Positions 55,725 to 64,000 of a stretch of 64,000 nt of DNA are shown here, piece after piece. This stretch comes from a virus. The first letter of the stretch is position 1. Each line of letters starts with the position of its first letter. Under the pieces are notes generated by a model. The model ran no database searches. It was given only the letters and a program-made list of their open reading frames with translations, and was not told where the DNA came from. A program made the position numbers and the translations under genes. The DNA is taken from IMG/VR virus record IMGVR_UViG_3300010375_000001, positions 1 to 64,000 of that record, one strand, 5' to 3'.

Positions 55725-56168
55725 ATGAGTAATTATGATGTACTGAAGGGTGCTATTATAAATATGTTTACCCATTGGACGAATGGAAACAAGAATGCTT
55801 GCTACCGGGAATATTTTTCTTTAAATGTTGAGCAGCGGAAGATCATAGAGGAAACGCTAAGAAAAGGCTCCCGAGTATATCCAAGCCGAGCCCAGCGCAA
55901 GGATGCGCAGCAAATATTGTCAATGATAAAAAAGAACACTGATAAGGAGGCTCAATTGCTGACACACACGCTAAAGGAGCTTATGCAGTATTGGTTCTTA
56001 AGCAGTAGGGAGATATTTTATAGCCACTATCTTGCGTTGGGGGAATTCGAAAAGCGTACAATAATAGAAGCCATTGAGGAGGTATTTGGTACAGATGAAA
56101 ACGCGGAATTCAGACAGGCGGCGATAGACATACCGAAGTATATCAAGGAGAGGGCTTCGGGATTGTAA
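55725..56168 (+). CDS. hypothetical protein with internal duplication
   Basis: Two similar helical halves (M..HW/YW...Y..L...R.IIE). Confidence 0.5.
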   Translation: MSNYDVLKGAIINMFTHWTNGNKNACYREYFSLNVEQRKIIEETLRKGSRVYPSRAQRKDAQQILSMIKKNTDKEAQLLTHTLKELMQYWFLSSREIFYSHYLALGEFEKRTIIEAIEEVFGTDENAEFRQAAIDIPKYIKERASGL

Positions 56169-56197
56169 ACCAAGTAATTTTTAAAAACCAGCAATTG

Positions 56198-56833
56198 ATG
56201 GATCAATTAAAAAATGTTAGTAACGAAATTCCAGAGCGTTTCCCCTTTGAAAAGAGGAACTGGAAAGATTTAGATATGGATAAAATGATGGTCGAATATC
56301 AAGAAAAAGAACGATTACAGGCTCTCGGTATGTACGCCCATGTGAATTGGCAATGGGTAAGGCCGTTGGCCAAGTGGCTGGGCGAGCGAAGGGTATTAGA
56401 GGTTATGGCTGGCGCTGGATGGTTGGCAAAGGCGCTCAGGGAATGCGGCATATCGGTGGTTGCAACCGACGACTTTTCCTGGGGTGAGAAGAAAGGCTGG
56501 CAACTACAGACGGAAGTGGAACAGCTAGAGGCATCTGCTGCCATTCTTAAATACGGGGAAGAGTGTGATATTCTTCTTATCTCTTGGCCTTGGATGGATG
56601 CTGATGCATACAACGCTCTCACTAAATGGAACGAAGTCCATCCCGATGGATTAATCATCTATATAGGGGAGTATGGAGGAGGATGTACAGCCGATGATGA
56701 CTTTCACGACCATTTTGAGATGGTGAACGACAGCGGATTCGGAGAAGTGCAGGCTATCTATCGGCATTGGGATGGAATGCACGACCGCATTTACTTGGGA
56801 AAGTATTCATCTTTAAACGTTAGCGGATCGTAA
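56198..56833 (+). CDS. class I SAM-dependent methyltransferase-like protein
   Basis: VLEVMAGAGWLA, VVATDD, LLISWP, IYIGE..GCTADD.F. Confidence 0.7.
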   Translation: MDQLKNVSNEIPERFPFEKRNWKDLDMDKMMVEYQEKERLQALGMYAHVNWQWVRPLAKWLGERRVLEVMAGAGWLAKALRECGISVVATDDFSWGEKKGWQLQTEVEQLEASAAILKYGEECDILLISWPWMDADAYNALTKWNEVHPDGLIIYIGEYGGGCTADDDFHDHFEMVNDSGFGEVQAIYRHWDGMHDRIYLGKYSSLNVSGS

Positions 56834-56846
56834 CCGCGTATAGCTT

Positions 56847-57290
56847 ATGAGATCAATTTTAGTTTTTGCATTCAGCGCTATTCTGGTTGGGTCAGCGAAT
56901 CTACCCCATCATCTTCAGGCCACTAAGCGGATCGATTGTGTAGCCGACGATACGAGTGCGCGGCACGGTCACGATGTCGAGACAGAAAGTTCGTTAACCA
57001 TTCTTATTGATCCAGCTGAAAAGCATCTTCGCTTGGCCGATAGCAGCTATAGGATTGATAGTGTCGTCCATCCTGGAAATGACTATTGGGTGTTGTTTAC
57101 GAAGAAAGATCCAGCCGCGCCAACTAGTAAGGGCGACACGTTGGATTGGCGCTTTGATATCCGAACCGTTCCAACGAATCCGGGACACTTCCAGGTTGTT
57201 GTCAGAGGGGCGCACTGGATAATCTTCAATGGCGAAAGCGTGTACAACACAGGTATCCTATATTACTTCGACTGCGTATCGAAAGATTAA
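56847..57290 (+). CDS. secreted hypothetical protein
   Basis: Signal peptide MRSILVFAFSAILVGSA. Confidence 0.55.
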   Translation: MRSILVFAFSAILVGSANLPHHLQATKRIDCVADDTSARHGHDVETESSLTILIDPAEKHLRLADSSYRIDSVVHPGNDYWVLFTKKDPAAPTSKGDTLDWRFDIRTVPTNPGHFQVVVRGAHWIIFNGESVYNTGILYYFDCVSKD

Positions 57291-57325
57291 TCTTAACGTT
57301 TCCGGACCGCAACCGGATCAACAAT

Positions 57326-57820
57326 ATGCAATATGATAAGATGCTTGTTGGACAAGTAAAAATCTGCAATGATTTGCTGGAAGCAATGGGTCGAAAAGAG
57401 CGACTAAAATTAAGCGATGACAAGAAGGGCAAATACGTAGTCATTGGCTATGACCAGCGAGGCAACGAAGTCCAAGCCGTAGGTGGTACAAGGAACGAGA
57501 TGGAAGCATACCTGGGCGGCTTTACAGCGTGCGCCTCTATGTTTAAGGATGTGCGCTTTTTTCTATCGGAGGAAGATTTAGAGAAAATGGGGTTCACTGA
57601 AGTGAGCCAGTATTACGAGCGAATTGCTACTGAAAACGTCCATGATCCAGAGGTGGAGGGCGAGGCGGAAAAATCTTCGGAAAGAGTGCGGGGGCTATTT
57701 CAGGCTATGGACCTGGAGCAGCAAAGCGACTGCTTGCTCTATCTGTTCGATAGGGCCGATAAAACATCTGATATAATGTATCGCAGTGCTTTGGCGTGTT
57801 GCATTACGCACTTATATTAA
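57326..57820 (+). CDS. hypothetical protein
   Basis: ORF in operon. Confidence 0.55.
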   Translation: MQYDKMLVGQVKICNDLLEAMGRKERLKLSDDKKGKYVVIGYDQRGNEVQAVGGTRNEMEAYLGGFTACASMFKDVRFFLSEEDLEKMGFTEVSQYYERIATENVHDPEVEGEAEKSSERVRGLFQAMDLEQQSDCLLYLFDRADKTSDIMYRSALACCITHLY

Positions 57821-57837
57821 CATTAAACGTTGCCGAT

Positions 57838-58125
57838 ATGCCAGAAGAATCAAAAGAAGAGTTCATTCAAAAGCACATCCAAAATATCTTTTTCATGCGA
57901 GCGTTATACGGACATGTTAATGCCTACGCCGGCTCGTTTGCTAACGATGAAAACGCGCTGAAGTTGGAAAATGGAGAACTGGTAAGCCCGTTAAATGTAA
58001 AGTTGGGTGTAGAATGGCAGCTGCGATCATTTAAATTTAAAGTTATCGAACATCTTCAGCGCGTTAAAGCACCTTCAGATCTGATAATAGAGCTTTACGA
58101 TTGGATGTTCAAAGACGATGTTTAA
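57838..58125 (+). CDS. hypothetical protein
   Basis: ORF in operon. Confidence 0.5.
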   Translation: MPEESKEEFIQKHIQNIFFMRALYGHVNAYAGSFANDENALKLENGELVSPLNVKLGVEWQLRSFKFKVIEHLQRVKAPSDLIIELYDWMFKDDV

Positions 58126-58161
58126 CACAGGCAAGCCCTGAGAAACCAATAATCCTAAACC

Positions 58162-58207
58162 CACGGCAACGGCGTAGGCCGCATAGGAATCGCGATCCTA
58201 TGCCGTG
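58162..58207 (+). ncRNA. mini-tRNA-like element
   Basis: Perfect 7+5 bp: CACGGCA/TGCCGTG; CGGC-GTAG-GCCG; TAGGA-ATCGCGA-TCCTA. Confidence 0.7.
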
Positions 58208-58228
58208 CGAACTAAAAACAAGGAAACG

Positions 58229-58363
58229 ATGAAACCAAAAAAAGGAAACGACATGAAGCGCGATGTGGCTAAATGGTGGTTTATTGCGTTTATCGCTGCG
58301 ATTATTGGCACCATAGCAATGGTATTTTTCTTTATCAGCATTCTTAAGGAGCACACGCATTAG
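58229..58363 (+). CDS. 44-aa membrane peptide
   Basis: WWFIAFIAAIIGTIAMVFFFISIL TM helix; follows the motif. Confidence 0.5.
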   Translation: MKPKKGNDMKRDVAKWWFIAFIAAIIGTIAMVFFFISILKEHTH

Positions 58364-58367
58364 TCTT

Positions 58368-58395
58368 GTCAGCCCCTGCGGGGGCTGACTTTTTT
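58368..58395 (+). terminator. intrinsic terminator ending the small-gene operon
   Basis: GTCAGCCCC-TGCG-GGGGCTGAC-T6. Confidence 0.85.
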
Positions 58396-58423
58396 GAAAA
58401 CACTTAACACTAAATATTTCATC

Positions 58424-58669
58424 ATGGTAAAAAGTAAGACAAGAAAGCCCATCAATCCTCGTTCGGCTGAAGCGCTGGCGCAGAAGGGGCTCACGGTTAT
58501 CAAGCTGGAAGTATCGTCGGAATCATTGGATAGCTTAGATGGTATCCGCCAGCAGTTGCCGGGATACAAGGAAATGCATCCGCGAAAGTTTTTAAAGACG
58601 GTAATAAACGAATTAGGGTCTCATCCTCAAATAGAAGGCATCATCAAGGCACTTCTTGGCGTCAAGTAG
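58424..58669 (+). CDS. hypothetical protein
   Basis: Basic small ORF. Confidence 0.5.
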   Translation: MVKSKTRKPINPRSAEALAQKGLTVIKLEVSSESLDSLDGIRQQLPGYKEMHPRKFLKTVINELGSHPQIEGIIKALLGVK

Positions 58670-58699
58670 TCGCGTAATTAATCACAGTAAACAATAATC

Positions 58700-59005
58700 A
58701 TGAAAGCAGAACAGGTAGAAAAGGCAGCAGCCGTCCTGAACGCTCTGGACAATCCCATTCGTAGGCAAATGGTGGATATTTTAATCAAGAACGACACGAG
58801 GCCATCCATACTGCGCAAGCAAATAAAGATGAGCCGGGCGCGGATCGATTACCACATCGGTTTCCTTTTTAAAACGAAGGTAGTGTACCGTCGTAAGGGT
58901 AGGGGGACCGAACAGAAGGGCGGTGGCCAGATCTCCTTCTATTGTATCAACCAACAACAGATGAGGCGCATCGAGAAGGCCGTCGAGTGGTTAACAAAGG
59001 AATAA
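58700..59005 (+). CDS. ArsR-family HTH regulator
   Basis: LNALDNPIRRQMVDIL..SRARIDYHIGFL. Confidence 0.75.
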   Translation: MKAEQVEKAAAVLNALDNPIRRQMVDILIKNDTRPSILRKQIKMSRARIDYHIGFLFKTKVVYRRKGRGTEQKGGGQISFYCINQQQMRRIEKAVEWLTKE

Positions 59006-59009
59006 TAGC

Positions 59010-59038
59010 AAGGCCCGGGTGACCCCTGGGCCTTTTTT
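59010..59038. terminator. terminator between convergent operons
   Basis: AAGGCCCGGG...CCTGGGCC-T6. Confidence 0.7.
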
Positions 59039-59040
59039 GT

Positions 59041-59652
59041 TTATGCTTCGGCGAATCCATTGAACACATCAGCCTTCAGGATTTCGCTGTTGTAGTCAAC
59101 CTTCTTTCGGTTATTGGCGCTCCAGGACTCCCGCTGCAAGGCAGCGAAGGGATAACAAATGCGAAATAGTCCACGCCCATCTTGGGCGATATCGATGTGG
59201 CCGGCAGGGGATTGGAGAAACGTATCAAAGTAATTCCGATGCATGATATAACAGTGGAGACCGGCGAGTCGATCAGTTTTATAGACCGTTGCCGGCCCTC
59301 GAAGGGATTTACGAAACGAGGCGTGTCGGCGTAGCTCTTCAAGCTGGCGATAGTCGCCGGCAGAATAGATGTCGTATTCTGTCGGGATATGTCGCAGAAA
59401 GTAATCCCAGGCACCCTTACCTGGAAACCAGACATCGGATTCCATCACGCAGACTTCATCCAGCTCCATCTCTTGGGCTTGCCGGATCACGTTCTTGTGC
59501 GACATAGCGATGCAGTCGGCCACGACCTCGCAGCCGGAGGTAATAGCTGGCCAGATGCCGTACTCAGTGATACCCTGGCGCTGGAGCTCGCGCTCGCAGA
59601 GGATGAGCTCGGCATCATCGCGACGTAGGTCGTGTATGACGAAGACTCTCAT
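59041..59652 (-). CDS. glycosyltransferase, GT25-like
   Basis: FVIH..RR, IAMSHKNVI, VMESDV, GLHCYI, HID. Confidence 0.65.
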   Translation of the reverse strand: MRVFVIHDLRRDDAELILCERELQRQGITEYGIWPAITSGCEVVADCIAMSHKNVIRQAQEMELDEVCVMESDVWFPGKGAWDYFLRHIPTEYDIYSAGDYRQLEELRRHASFRKSLRGPATVYKTDRLAGLHCYIMHRNYFDTFLQSPAGHIDIAQDGRGLFRICYPFAALQRESWSANNRKKVDYNSEILKADVFNGFAEA

Positions 59653-60230
59653 GCCTTTGGTATTACAAAGTACGCCGTCTTCCAACAATTCCCATGGTGA
59701 TCGGTATGGTCTTCCTGCGGAAAGATATATCCTTCATAGTCCCGGACAAGATCTTCGCAGGCCGGGCATAAGAAACCGTCCTGGTGCCAGTTATCTACGA
59801 TCAGGATGCCGCCTTTTTGCAAGAGGATATCAATGGCGTATCGCATACATTCATATCGAAAGATACCATCTACAATGACGATGTCATAAGTCAATTCACC
59901 GACAAACTCCATCGGCGCTTCGACATATTGTCTCTCTTTCGTTCTATCCCCCTCATTCACTTCCTTCAAGAGCACAAGGCCATTAGATAACTGATGCTCC
60001 GCGCACTCTGCCTTAATCTCCATGTAAAACTCCCACTTGGTTTCAATCGTTACGACGATCTCACACTTTTTCCGAAGCCAAGCTGTCGATCTTCCTCCCC
60101 CATATTCGACCACTCTCATATTGCTTAAATCCCAACGTTCCAATACTTGTAGAAACGGATGGGTCAGCCACGGATAACAAAGACCGTTTGATGGGTCTAT
60201 CTTCTGCCAATCGACAAGTTCTTTATTCAT
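59649..60230 (-). CDS. class I SAM-dependent methyltransferase
   Basis: VVEYGGGRST.W, YDIVIVDG..R, GGILIVDN. Confidence 0.8.
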   Translation of the reverse strand: MNKELVDWQKIDPSNGLCYPWLTHPFLQVLERWDLSNMRVVEYGGGRSTAWLRKKCEIVVTIETKWEFYMEIKAECAEHQLSNGLVLLKEVNEGDRTKERQYVEAPMEFVGELTYDIVIVDGIFRYECMRYAIDILLQKGGILIVDNWHQDGFLCPACEDLVRDYEGYIFPQEDHTDHHGNCWKTAYFVIPKA

Positions 60231-61042
60231 GAAAGGGCAATATATTTATTATAATACTCCGCCATCCATTCCAGGTCGTCGCCAGGATACATTGTTTTGA
60301 AGAGCTTCACGATCTTATCAAAGTTTTCCGGCAGATAGCCCGGACGCGGCAGATGCGCATCGATGATATCGGTTGGGATCGGGGCGGGCCAGCCATCGCG
60401 ATCCGCGCGGAGGGTCGCGAATTGTGTACCCGGCTTGGCTCTATTATGGAATAAGATCGGCGCAGCTTCGTCACCATTCATGGCATACTCAATAATCCTG
60501 TTGTGCGCCTCCTCCTGATCTTTGCTCCAGTAGTTGCCACGGAAGTTATCGGCTTCGATGCCCTTTAACAGATCGTCAACGCACTGCTGAACAGTGCGGC
60601 CTTCTATCTTCATCGCGCTGCGCCACTCCCTCGCTGAGGCGATGATGTAGCACATCGGCAGTTGACCATCCGGCACAAGATCGTGACCGATAACATGAAA
60701 TACTTTATCGTTATGTGACAAGTCGCGAAAGATGGGCGAGAAGACGCACATATCGGCATCGCTCGTAACGAGAATTTCGTTGTCTGGGATGAACTTGAGC
60801 GCAGCGCCATAAAGCCTGGAGCACTGGGCGTATGTAGCAGCCTTGGGTCTCGGCGCCTCGATGTATACGCGGGGGCTATCGTCCAAGTATCTGGATACAA
60901 GTTCCATCTTTTCCAGATGGAGGACATCCGGCATCGTCCAGAAGATAACGCAGCTGACACCCAGCTTCTTCCAGCTGTGCACGGCGAAAGGCAAATTGAA
61001 TAAGTAAAGATCCGTAGGAGTGCAAGACAATATTGCCGTCAT
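60227..61042 (-). CDS. putative glycosyltransferase (DxD type)
   Basis: SRLY, TSDADM, PMCYI, W..DQ, IDAHLPRP. Confidence 0.55.
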   Translation of the reverse strand: MTAILSCTPTDLYLFNLPFAVHSWKKLGVSCVIFWTMPDVLHLEKMELVSRYLDDSPRVYIEAPRPKAATYAQCSRLYGAALKFIPDNEILVTSDADMCVFSPIFRDLSHNDKVFHVIGHDLVPDGQLPMCYIIASAREWRSAMKIEGRTVQQCVDDLLKGIEADNFRGNYWSKDQEEAHNRIIEYAMNGDEAAPILFHNRAKPGTQFATLRADRDGWPAPIPTDIIDAHLPRPGYLPENFDKIVKLFKTMYPGDDLEWMAEYYNKYIALS

Positions 61043-61221
61043 AAGGAAAGTTTCGTTTTTCTTACCATTGGTAACCCGGTAATATGATTCCAAATAATCC
61101 CTTTATGGATGGAGGAAATTGTCCAAGCTTTGTCGGAGATTTTATAGTAGCCTTCGTATCCTTCAATATCCTTCCATATTTCTTCGGCTTCAGGCGTCAC
61201 ACTCAAGATCGCTGTCATCAT
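61039..61221 (-). pseudogene. NUMOD4 homing-endonuclease remnant
   Basis: EEIWKDIEGYEGYYKISDK (NUMOD4 motif) with no HNH domain following. Confidence 0.65.
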
Positions 61222-61411
61222 CGGATTGATTATTGGTTATAGTCTTAATTGACTTCTTCAACTTGGCCAGAGCCATCAATGCGCCAACCATATTTCTTAA
61301 GGCCGTAGTATCCGGCGCATGTTTGGTATCAACAAGCGTATACCGAATCTCGTCGTTGGTTTCCTCTACACGAATTACAAACTCATTTGGCTGAAGAATC
61401 ACCACGGCCAT
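61190..61411 (-). CDS. hypothetical protein
   Basis: ORF in operon. Confidence 0.45.
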   Translation of the reverse strand: MAVVILQPNEFVIRVEETNDEIRYTLVDTKHAPDTTALRNMVGALMALAKLKKSIKTITNNQSDDDSDLECDA

Positions 61412-61718
61412 AGTATCGTTTTTGCTGTTTTAACTGCTCCACCTGCTTATTTAGCTGGGACCACTTATATCTCAACTCTACCAGTTCTTTCTTAAGCGAG
61501 TTTATTTGTTCAAAATGATACCCGCCATTGCAAGCCGATGCAAAAACAAAATCGAACGCATCCAAATATGCGCCACACCCATCGCATTGGATGGCGCGTT
61601 CGTGTTCGTCTACAGTGACGTGATCGTGCTCGCACCTTCTTTCTTTGCGCTTCGGGCTTAACAGAAGGCCATCTTTTGGCCGATCTTTTAGTGAGATAAC
61701 TTTGCTTTCAGAGTCCAT
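61383..61718 (-). CDS. zinc-finger plus coiled-coil phage protein
   Basis: CEHDHVTVDE..IQCDGCG..DAFD. Confidence 0.6.
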   Translation of the reverse strand: MDSESKVISLKDRPKDGLLLSPKRKERRCEHDHVTVDEHERAIQCDGCGAYLDAFDFVFASACNGGYHFEQINSLKKELVELRYKWSQLNKQVEQLKQQKRYYGRGDSSAK

Positions 61719-62391
61719 TTATAAAGAAGAGACATTTTCTTGGATCATATCCACCGCCATAGTACGCTACATAGTCAGGCTCATCGATGGCGAGATGGCA
61801 GTTATACATAGCCAAAGAGAGGCATGACTGATCCTGTCGGTGGTGCAGGAATCTTCCATCTTGAGATTCGCCGTTATGCGTACGGGCGCCTTTGTTTAGT
61901 CCCTGATCCATGTAGGCCTTCCACTGGAGGTACAGTTTGCGGGCGTCCGGGTTATTAAAGTTAAGACCCACGATCCCGGAGGCATATTCCGGGAAGGCCT
62001 CGATATCATCGCGCTCGATTCCCAATGCAGCAAGGGCCGCATCGTTGATCGTTTGTGCGAGGTTGTAACCGGACCTAAACATAAAAAATCCTTTTTGATT
62101 TACCAAATCAAAAACCTGCATTGGGTTTCGGATGGCCCAAAATGATGCATCCAAGTAGATAATTTGAGTATATCCTCTCCACAACGCCCATTCAAACGCC
62201 CCTATTTTAAAGTAGTACGGACTTTCATTATGTGACATGCATCCTGGGGGGTATGTGTCCCGCCAAAAAATCATATCTCCCGGAAAGCCATGGAAGATGA
62301 GAGATTTCTCAAGGCGATCGATACCTGATGGATACCATGCCCCGATCCCCACTCCAATTATACATGGTTTATTGTTTCTGTTTATTTCCAT
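61708..62391 (-). CDS. putative nucleotide-sugar transferase
   Basis: PYYFK, IIYLDAS, HRQDQS.LS. Confidence 0.65.
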   Translation of the reverse strand: MEINRNNKPCIIGVGIGAWYPSGIDRLEKSLIFHGFPGDMIFWRDTYPPGCMSHNESPYYFKIGAFEWALWRGYTQIIYLDASFWAIRNPMQVFDLVNQKGFFMFRSGYNLAQTINDAALAALGIERDDIEAFPEYASGIVGLNFNNPDARKLYLQWKAYMDQGLNKGARTHNGESQDGRFLHHRQDQSCLSLAMYNCHLAIDEPDYVAYYGGGYDPRKCLFFINGL

Positions 62392-62459
62392 CCGTGATTT
62401 TTTTATATGATTGTCCTCTTTTAATAAGGCCAATAACTGTATGAGAAACATTAAACCGC

Positions 62460-63059
62460 TTAGCGATCGAACGATGGGTGCCTGTCATCAATATTGTATT
62501 TTACGTAATAATAAAGTTGCGCGGGGATATGGACCTCGCTTTTGAGTAGCGGCTTGATCGCCCGCGCAAAGGCGTGATCTTCGCCAAAAGAGATGGGAGG
62601 AATAGTTGCCTGCCGGCAGATCGAAGTGAGGATGGGCGTTTTAAAGAAGGGGGTTCGAACATAGTCGAAGCCGTCCTGGTTGTTGCCCCAATCGGCATAC
62701 TTCAGACTGAAGTTAGATCGTTGTTCAGCGCCATCGATCAGGCAGCGCTCTTCGAAGGTGATGCAATGAGAGCCCGTTCCAGCGGCTGTACAGATGGCCC
62801 GGAGAGAAGTGTTAGCAACATCGTCGTCGTCGTCGATCTGCCAGCTGTAGAGCCCGGAGGCTCTCCTGTACAGCTCGGCGCGCTTTTCGCCGATGGACAC
62901 TTCGCGGTTATCGGATAGAAAGATGATCTCGATCTTTTCCTCCAGCCCGTCCAGGTCGATCAACCGATGAAGGTAGTCAACCAGTCGCTCCAGCTTCTGC
63001 CGTCTTTCCCTGATCGTCGGGATAAGAATGCTTAACAAAGGTATATTGTCCGTTGTCAT
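62460..63059 (-). CDS. glycosyltransferase family 2-like
   Basis: LSILIPT..R, IGEKR, IDDDD, GED..F. Confidence 0.8.
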   Translation of the reverse strand: MTTDNIPLLSILIPTIRERRQKLERLVDYLHRLIDLDGLEEKIEIIFLSDNREVSIGEKRAELYRRASGLYSWQIDDDDDVANTSLRAICTAAGTGSHCITFEERCLIDGAEQRSNFSLKYADWGNNQDGFDYVRTPFFKTPILTSICRQATIPPISFGEDHAFARAIKPLLKSEVHIPAQLYYYVKYNIDDRHPSFDR

Positions 63060-63726
63060 CTAAAAAGAATTTGTTATTGGCACGATAATGGTAAAGCTTT
63101 TCATCGTGATCCCACATGCCCTGTTGGCGCGTGTACTGCTCATCCCAGGGAACATGTCCATAGGCTGGGTGGAAATGATCGAAGAGCTGCGTGCCCAGGT
63201 AGAAGTAGCGGCCGCGCAGCTTGGCCGCCTCTTGGGCCTCGTTATCGCAGAAGACCGACCAATACTCCGGATAATAGATGAACCTATCCCGCTCGAAGTA
63301 GGCGCGATCCATCACTGACATAGTGGAAAGCATGTTTCTCGCGGTGGAGTCGGGATAATGCAGGAAGACGTCTGGCCCGTTGCAGCGGACGCCTTCCCGT
63401 ATTAAGTGATCCCAGCCGTAGACAGTGAAGCGCATGTCGTCGGAGAAGTTGACCAGGATATCCCAATTGACCAATGGGATATCGCGGTTGATCGCATCGA
63501 TCTTCGATTTGGAATATCCATAAGCTAATTGGAAATGAGGGATTCGTTCCACTTTATCGCGTAGAATATGGTCATACTCTTCAAAAAGGGGATCGTCCAG
63601 ATCAATACAGAAGGACAAGAGAAGATCCGTGGGACTATTGGCCAATTGTAAAATACTATCAAGCCCTTCGGCGAAGCGTTTTGGCCTCGATCGGCTCGCG
63701 TACTTAACCAGGATGCGCGGCTCCAT
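62977..63726 (-). CDS. glycosyltransferase family 2-like
   Basis: SRSRP, IDLDD, SKIDAINR, NFSDDM, FCDNE, HFHP. Confidence 0.7.
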   Translation of the reverse strand: MEPRILVKYASRSRPKRFAEGLDSILQLANSPTDLLLSFCIDLDDPLFEEYDHILRDKVERIPHFQLAYGYSKSKIDAINRDIPLVNWDILVNFSDDMRFTVYGWDHLIREGVRCNGPDVFLHYPDSTARNMLSTMSVMDRAYFERDRFIYYPEYWSVFCDNEAQEAAKLRGRYFYLGTQLFDHFHPAYGHVPWDEQYTRQQGMWDHDEKLYHYRANNKFFLDDNGQYTFVKHSYPDDQGKTAEAGATG

Positions 63727-64000
63727 TACATGGTGATTTCAAACTTGCTCTTGTGATTTTCCTGCGGTATATCCAATGAAGGCGGGGCCGGATCGGGCAG
63801 CACTTCGTCGGCGACGGGTTTGCGAGGCACGAGCGACGCTATCTCTGCCGGACGAAAGCCTTTCAGAAAATTGGCGATCTTTCCAGCGTGGTGCAGCAGT
63901 TCATCCAAGGGGATAGACTTGCCGGCATGCAGCGAAATGGCGGTGGCCAGCGCCTCTCTGTAAATGAATTCGTTATCATCGGATGTAATCGGTTCGTTGA
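63726..64000 (-). CDS. hypothetical protein, 5'-truncated by window edge
   Basis: Frame open to the window end. Confidence 0.45.
   Translation of the reverse strand, partial: NEPITSDDNEFIYREALATAISLHAGKSIPLDELLHHAGKIANFLKGFRPAEIASLVPRKPVADEVLPDPAPPSLDIPQENHKSKFEITM

Noticed and set aside
44301-58221. CRISPR array from the repeated CGAACTAAAAACAA
   Set aside because: Repeats are 12-14 nt, separated by whole genes at irregular spacing, and no cas genes are visible.

Overview
This window is most of the genome of a temperate, podovirus-like tailed phage. The TTTG-N19/20-TAnnTTTG promoters, A-rich starts without Shine-Dalgarno sites and Gln+1 signal peptides point to a Bacteroidota host. Layout: (1) 1-22.6 kb, + strand: giant putative ejection protein, TerL, portal, scaffold, major capsid, tail-like and RCC1 proteins, lysis genes. 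(2) 22.6-30.6 kb, - strand: tyrosine integrase with a probable attP, macro domain, degenerate tRNAs, metallophosphoesterase, repressor-like HTH. (3) 30.7-43.7 kb: SSAP, VRR-NUC, primase-helicase, SSB and HTH proteins. (4) 44.0-58.4 kb, + strand: a ~14 kb operon of small genes. (5) 59-64 kb, - strand: glycosyltransferase/methyltransferase cluster. The most striking feature is an apparent RNA-level control system on the 14 kb operon. About 15 gene junctions carry sequence-divergent but structure-conserved mini-tRNAs with no anticodon arm (acceptor stem, D-like hairpin, T-arm). Four junctions carry T-arm-only hairpins and one carries a canonical hammerhead ribozyme. About 10 translation-initiation regions share CGAACTAAAAACAA, which is exactly complementary to a ~65-nt small RNA with its own consensus promoter and terminator encoded next to the integrase. 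Protein calls rest on motif recognition by eye; no searches or folding programs were run.
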